Below, piece after piece: positions 57,898-64,000 of a stretch of DNA of 64,000 bases (the first letter of the stretch is position 1; each line of letters opens with the position of its first letter). Origin of the DNA: an uncultured Actinomycetota bacterium (GTDB taxonomy: Bacteria > Actinomycetota > Actinomycetes > JAFAQI01). A program made the translations under genes and the position numbers. Location of the stretch: positions 1-64,000 of the forward strand of contig CAVYQE010000001.1 in the NCBI GenBank assembly GCA_963770565.1, in the 5' to 3' direction. Below the pieces are notes generated by a model that was not told where the DNA came from, searched no databases, and saw only the letters and a list, made by a program, of their open reading frames with translations.

Positions 57898-57982
57898 ACA
57901 CAAGCCCGACGCGCAAGCGAGAGAATCGGCGCGGCGCCGCCGGCCACCCGTATTCCCTCGCTAGCGCGTCGGGCTAGAGTGG
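57898..57982. repeat. REP doublet
   Basis: agcccgacgcgcaagcgag / ctcgctagcgcgtcgggct; the right arm is also part of the 210-bp unit. Confidence 0.7.
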
Positions 57983-58186
57983 CGTGACATTGCGCACGCG
58001 GCGCGAACGCCGCCAACCCCGTGCCGACGATCCTTTGTTGCCGCCGGTCGCGATGGGGTCACTGCCGGCTGCAATCGAACGGCCGGCTGCAATCGAACGG
58101 CGGCCTGCAATAGAAATGCGGCCTGCCGCAGCCCGAAATCTCCGAACAATCGAGCCCTGCGGTCCACCGCAATCGAGGCTGAAATG

Positions 58187-58968
58187 TCAGCCGTAGCGGG
58201 CCAGAATCCGCCGCACCAAGCCGGGAAAAGCCCGATTGAGCCGGCAGATCAGTCCCCCGCGAAAGTTCGGTATGATCTCCGCCTTGCCGCGGCGGATCGC
58301 CCGCACCGTCGCGCGGGCCACGGCAGCCGCCGAAACTCCGGGCTGCTCGGGCCAGAGCGTATTGCCGGTGCGCTCGACGACGTGCTCGAAGAACTCGGTT
58401 TCCGTCGAGCCGGGGCTGACCAGCAGCACGTCGATGCCGAGTTGCACGAACTCCGCCCGCAGCGCATCGCTCAACCCGCGGAGCGCGAATTTCGTCGCGC
58501 AGTATTCGCTGGTCCGCGGCACGGCGAAGTGGCCGAGAATCGAGCCGATATTGACGACAATCGGCTTGCGCCTTGCGCAACAGCGGCAGCGCCTCGCGGA
58601 TGAATTCGGCGGCTGCGAAAAGATTCACCTCGAAAAGCCGCCGCAGCCGCTCCGGGCCGGCCTCGTCGAATCGGCCGACGGCGCCGACGCCGGCATTGTT
58701 GACCAGCACGTCGAGGCCGCCGAAACGCTCTGGGCCCGCTCGAGCGCCGCCCGCCGCAGCGCCGGATCGGTCACGTCGCCGACGACGCATTCGGCCCGCC
58801 CACCGGCGGCCCCGATCGCGGCCGCTACCTGCTCGAGCAGCTCGGCGCGGCGGGCGACGAGCACGACGGGCGATCCTCGGCGAGCCAATTCGAGCGCGAT
58901 TGCCCGACCGATTCCGCCGGAAGCGCCGGTGACGAGCGATCGCGACCGCTGATTGTGCGATGGGCCAC
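58187..58968 (-). CDS. SDR-family oxidoreductase (frameshifted)
   Basis: TGASGGIG, NNAG, YCATK. Confidence 0.9.
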
Positions 58969-58974
58969 GGGAAA

Positions 58975-60302
58975 TCAGCCTTGGGCTTGACCGTTGCCGA
59001 ACTGACCGGCGGGTATGGCCGTTGGTGCTGGAGGGGGTCAGCCGCGGCCGGATCTCGGTGGCCTCCTCGCGAATCCGGCCGAGATGGTTTTCCGCGATCC
59101 GGCAATGGATGACCACGCGGCTGTCATGGTAGCTCTTCGAGAGCACCTCGCCATGCGCAGCCAAGAAGGCTTGCAGGCGGCCATTCTCGACCCCCGTCTC
59201 GATATCGACGTCAACAAAGCTCCGGCTCAGCGCCTCGCTCACCGCTCCGGCGAGCTGCGCCATGCCGACGCCGCTCCGGCGCTGATCGGCAGGGCAGTGG
59301 GATAACGGACCAGCAGGCCATTGAGATTCCGCGGCTCGGCGGCGTCAACTTTGTTGAGCACCAGGATCGTGTCCTTGGCTTCGATGCCGAGTTCCTCGAG
59401 CACGGCGTAAACCGCCGCGATCTGATCGGCGGCGGCGGGATTGCTCGCGTCGGCCACGTGCAGCAGCAGATTCGCCTGCCGGGCCTCTTCGAGCGTCGCC
59501 TTGAAGCTGGCGATCAAATGGTGCGGCAGGTCGCGAATGAACCCGACCGTGTCGCTCAGCAAGACCGGCCCCCAGCCGGGCAATTGCCAGCGGCGGGTGC
59601 GCGTGTCGAGCGTGGCGAAGAGCTTGTCTTCGGCCAACACCTGGCTCCCCGTCAGCTTGTTCAACAGCGTGCTCTTGCCGGCATTCGTATAGCCGACCAG
59701 CGAGACGGTCATGCGGTCGCGGCGGGCGGCGACTTCGCGCTCCTTGCGGCGTTGGATGCCCTTGAGTTCGACCCCCAGATCGTGAATCCGCTTTTCCACC
59801 AAGCGGCGGTCCACTTCCAACTGCTTTTCGCCGGGGCCGCGCATGCCGATCCCCATTTTGATCCGCGACAGATGCGTCCACATCCGTTTGAGCCGCGGCA
59901 ACGCATATTGAAGCTGGGCCATTTCCACGGCCAAGCGGGCTTCGTATGTCTTCGCGCGGCCCGCGAAAATGTCGAGGATCAGCTCGGTGCGATCGACCAC
60001 CTTGATGCTCAGTGCCTGTTCGAGATTTCGGACCTGAGCGGGCGAGAGATCGTTGTCGAAGAGCACCACGTCGGCCTCCTTGCCGGCGGCGAGTTGCTCG
60101 AGTTCGACCAGCTTCCCCTTGCCGAGATAGGTGGTCATGTCGGGGGCTTCGCGGCGCTGCGTCAGCCGCCCGACGACCCGCGCCCGGCCGTTTCGGCCAG
60201 GCCCTCCAATTCGTCGAGGGGATGCTCGTAATCCGTGCGCTCGGTCAGCAGAACGCCGACGAGAATCGCCGCTTCACTGGCGATGCTCTCGGTCCGTTTC
60301 AT
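58975..60302 (-). CDS. hflX: GTPase HflX (frameshifted)
   Basis: GPGEKQLEVDRR, GYTNAGKS, LFATLD, DTVGF, NKVD. Confidence 0.95.
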
Positions 60303-60509
60303 TTCAGTCACGGTGGGATTGGTCCTCCCTGTTGGATGTCGGCGATAGTCGATCCAGGTTGCGGTGGCCCGGCTATTCCATTCTAACATGCCGCGCCTGG
60401 GGCGGGAAAATCCGTCCGATGGCGGACAAACGATTTTTTCCGCCCCCAACCGCCCCAAACCGAATTCCGCGGTCGAAAAACAGCCCCCTGGCCGGCCCGC
60501 CGCTGATTC

Positions 60510-61775
60510 TCAGGACACTTGGGAGCGGGAATTGTTCGCATGTTCCGCCGGGACGGCCAGTTTTCGATAGGCGCCCCGCCGAGTTCTTCGAGGCAGGCCA
60601 GCACCGTCGGGTCGTCTCGCCCGGCGGCCATGACGGTCACGATCGGCTGCCCGGCTCGGATCGAAGCGCCGGCGGCCGGAATGTCGGCCACGACCGGCCA
60701 CTCCGCAGCGCCGTTTTGCATTTCCACCCATTCCACGAATCGCGTGCCGACGATCGCATCGGCCGTCGCATGGAGAATCGCTTTGCCGTTGATCCGGGAT
60801 TCGTCGGCCAGGTCGCGACGTTGTCGCGCGGCATCGAATCGAACCGGCGACCGTTCCGGGCCGATGAACTCGCGGCAGGCCGCCACGTGCCAGCCCACGG
60901 CGCTCGTTCCGCCGGCCCGTTCCAGCACTTCGACCGATGCCGGATAGCGGGGATTGACCTCGATGGTCCAAATCTCATCGCCGGCCAGAATGAAATCGAC
61001 GCCGAACAACCCCGTCAGTTCGAATGCCTCGGCAACAACCGATCCCAGCCGATCGAGCCGGCCGCCCAACGCGGGGGAAACGGCCAGCGGCCCGATCGAA
61101 CCGCAATAACGGAACCGATCGTTCGCCCCCCGCGCAACGCCGCACCACGGCAGCCCGAGGAGTTGCCGCGAAATGCCCCAGCAGATTGCCCCGTCGCGAG
61201 CCGCCAGATACACGGCGCTCGCCGGCAGCCCAGCGATTCGTTGTTGGAAATAGCACCGCGGCAAATCGCCAGTCTGCCCCGGCTCGCCGCCCTGCGCCGC
61301 CGCACCGACCCAAGGCTCAATGCGACAGCCGCCCGAAGAGGCCGCCGGTTTTACCAGCCACGAGCCATCGGTCGGCACGTCGGCTGCGAAAAGCGAACAG
61401 CCCGGCACGCAAAACCCTTCCGCCCGCAGCACTTCTGCCAGTCGCAACGGATCGCGCACCGCGCGCAGCGCCGCGCCGCCGACGCCGTAAAGCTGCCGGC
61501 TCGCGGCCAGCCGATCCACCAGGGCCGGATGGTTTTCGATCCCGCCGGTATACATCCACGGCCCGGCGGGCGCGGCCGCGAGCGACCGATTCCAGGCCCT
61601 GGGGATAGTCGAATCACGCGTTCGGCGCGGCCGCAGGCGAGCAAATCGCGATCCGCGAACAGGTCGGCTGCCCAAACTTTCAGGCCGGCGCGGCGGGCCG
61701 ACGCGGCCGCGGCCCGCGCGCTGGCCCCGACGATGGCCAGCGGCAGCCCGCCATCCGGCCGATCGACCGGCTCAT
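60510..61775 (-). CDS. ATP-grasp protein, H4MPT/methanofuran C1-pathway type (frameshifted)
   Basis: GASARAAA..AADLFAD..YTGGIEN..KPAASSGG..GLFGVDF..EVNPR. Confidence 0.8.
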
Positions 61776-62215
61776 CGCAAGAATTGTTGGCACCAATAGC
61801 ACGACCCATCGGTGGCAGTATAGGCCGCCACGCCGATCCAATGGTAGCCGGGATTGAGGATATTCGCCCGATGGCCGGGGGAATTCATCCACGAGACCAT
61901 GACCTCTTGGGTGCTACGCTGGCCCCAAGCGATATTCTCGGCCACGCCGATCGACGAGTGCTGCATGTTATGGCTATTGGTCATCCAGGCCGCATGGCGG
62001 CGGGTCGTCTGTTCCAACTGCGGAGCGATTTTCAAGGCGGCCAGTCCGTAGCGGGCCCGCTGGGCATTCGCCGCATCGAGCATCGCCTGCTCCACACCGC
62101 CGAGCGTCGTCTGCGAGGCTTTCGGAGCCTTTGGAGCTATCGGAGCTTTTGGCGCGGGCGTCGCGACGACGCCGAGCGACAAGACGAGCGCGAACTTCAC
62201 ACAAGCTGAGAGCAT
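61772..62215 (-). CDS. CAP (SCP) domain secreted protein
   Basis: AENIAWG..WMNSPGHRANIL..YWCQQF; AGGAGG RBS. Confidence 0.93.
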   Translation of the reverse strand: MLSACVKFALVLSLGVVATPAPKAPIAPKAPKASQTTLGGVEQAMLDAANAQRARYGLAALKIAPQLEQTTRRHAAWMTNSHNMQHSSIGVAENIAWGQRSTQEVMVSWMNSPGHRANILNPGYHWIGVAAYTATDGSCYWCQQFLR

Positions 62216-62456
62216 GATTCCTCCTGAAAACAAAACGGGGACACAAACAAACCGATTTGTGCCGGCAACCCTCTCGTGGCAACCATCCGATGGCTGACGG
62301 GCTCAACCGGCCAAGGCTGGAACTTGCCGCTGGCCAACCGGTTCCCGACGTGTCTGAGGTGGGAGGGAACCCGATGGGGCAAACTGCGTTGAGTTTGCGG
62401 GCAAGTTCCCGTCAAGCATAGCCGCGAGCTGGCCTTTGACAAGGGGGCCACCCCCG

Positions 62457-62838
62457 TAGGACGGCTCTCCCGAGCCGTCCAGAGTTCACCGGACTGCTCG
62501 GAAGAACCACGCTCCCCAGACGAGGACGGCTCGGGAGAGCCGGCTTTACGTTGACCAGACGGCTCGGGAGAGCCGTCCTACATTGACCAGACGGCTCGGG
62601 AGACGGGCTTTACGTTGACCAGACGGCTCGGGAGAGCCGTCCTACATTGACCAGACGGCTCGGGAGAGCCGGCTTACGTTGGGCAGACGGCTCGGGAGAG
62701 CCGGCTTTACGTTGGGCGGACGGCTCGGGAGAGCCGTCCTACATTGACCAGACGGCTCGGGAGAGCCGGCTTACGTTGGGCAGACGGCTCGGGAGAGCCG
62801 TCCTACGTTGGGCAGACGGCTCGGGAGAGCCGTCCTAC
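62457..62838. repeat. GTAG-type REP array: 10 tandem ~32-bp units plus one inverted copy
   Basis: gacggctcgggagagccg core at 62525-62815 with 32-33 bp spacing; gtaggacggctctcccgagccgtc at 62457. Confidence 0.93.
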
Positions 62839-62871
62839 TGGCGGGACGCCGCTTCCACATTGGGCGGCGTG

Positions 62872-63860
62872 TCAGAACGGCTCGCCTGCCCCAACCCCGC
62901 TGGCGATGCGAATCGGATAGCCCAATCGCTTGTTGACCAGGTTCACGAGTGGTTGGCCCGCCAGATAACGCCGTAGATTCTCGCAAAACATCGCCGTGAT
63001 GTCGTCGGCGCGGCGGCGCTCTCGCCGCCGACGTGCGGGCTGATGATCACGTTCGGCAGTTCCCAGAGCGGGCTGGCGGTCGGCAGCGGTTCGATCTCGG
63101 CCACGTTGACCCCCGCGCCGAAGAGCTGCCCGGATTCCAACGCGGCGACAAGATCGCGCTCGATGACGATCGGCCCGCGGGCGACGTTGATCAGGATCGC
63201 GCCGCGCCGCATCAGCGCCAGCCGCCGGGCGTCGATCATCCCCCGCGACTGATCGTTGAGCGGCAGGGTCAGCACGAGGACGTTGACCAGGGGCAGGAGG
63301 GCATCGAGTCGGTCGGCCGGCCAGAGTTCGGCGACGTGCGGCGGCCGATCGACCGGAAACATGTCGGTCGCGAGAATCCGCGTGCCGAATGCCGCCAGCG
63401 CTTCGGCAATGCGCCGCCCGACGCCCCCCAAGCCGACGATGCCCACCGTCGCGCCGTGCAGATCGCGAACCGGCCGGCGAATGTACTCCTTCGCCTGTTG
63501 GGCTCGGAAGAAAGTCGGCCAGCCGCGAATCAAACCCAACAGCATGGCCATCGCCGTCTCGCAAACCTGATAGGCCAGCACGCCGGCAATGTTCGTGATC
63601 ACGATCGGCGATTCGACGACCGAAGGGACGAGCAGATGGTCGAGCCCCGCCGCCGACGATTGAATCCATTTGAGCCGACCGAGCCGCACCACTTCATCCC
63701 ACGGCGTCGGCACCTTGGGATGCCCGCAAAAAATGTCGGCCCGGAGAATCTGCGCCGCGATCCCATCTTGCCCGGCGTTGACCAACTCGGCCCCCGGCGC
63801 GGCGGCCTGAATCCGATCCAAATGACGTTGTTCCAGCGGATAGCAGAGAACGATGCGCAT
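62872..63860 (-). CDS. D-2-hydroxyacid dehydrogenase (frameshifted)
   Basis: GLGGVG, INVARG, EPLP..SPLW, SPHVGG. Confidence 0.92.
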
Positions 63861-64000
63861 GGCAAACTGCGGAGCAGGGAGCGACGGATTCCGATGGCAG
63901 GCGACTGCAATTGTGGCGTTTTCCCCCGGCGTGACAAGGGGGCTTCCCGCCGCAAAGGGCGGCCCGATGCCTACTCCTACTCCTACTCGTTCTCGTAATC

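Noticed and set aside
62280-62420. c-di-GMP-I riboswitch
   Set aside because: Only partial motif resemblance; the GNRA/receptor arrangement is not found on the sense strand
62457-62838. CRISPR array
   Set aside because: Linkers are ~14 bp and repeated, not unique spacers; no cas genes
1-64000. Pervasive frameshifts as programmed recoding or mass pseudogenisation
   Set aside because: They hit conserved genes (hemA, hflX, uvrC) at scattered positions with motifs otherwise intact; long-read indel error is the simpler explanation

Overview
GC-rich bacterial chromosomal segment, most likely a planctomycete (inferred from a DUF1559-type protein, RFSLRTL-motif proteins, prenyltransferase/squalene-oxidase-repeat protein and an H4MPT-type ATP-grasp protein). 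Most genes are broken by 1-bp indels, which points to an unpolished long-read assembly, so many CDSs were stitched by eye across frames. The backbone is housekeeping: uvrC, MgtC, ABC exporter, hemA/ccsA, csrA, thiolase, hemH, class V aminotransferase, MoxR-DUF58-transglutaminase, hflX, and a 2-hydroxyacid dehydrogenase. The unusual part is a dense, nested set of non-coding repeats. (1) A 3.4-kb X-(Y-X)8 array of ~390-405 bp units sits inside another repeat with a ~10-bp target duplication, and recurs inverted as X-Y-X inside an ORF6N gene. (2) A MITE-like shell with GGCTGTG..CACAGCC ends and 10-11-bp target duplications carries different REP cargo at different loci. (3) There are 210-, 93- and 32-bp tandem arrays. 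(4) AT-richer cargo genes are bounded by GTGACTGTCTGGA motifs and a repeated ~140-bp downstream segment, which looks cassette-like. Also present are an XRE-HNH nuclease pair missed by the ORF track, a MazF-like three-gene operon, orphan antitoxins and a tandem pair of Rickettsia-PKMT-like methyltransferases. No rRNA, tRNA or CRISPR array was seen.
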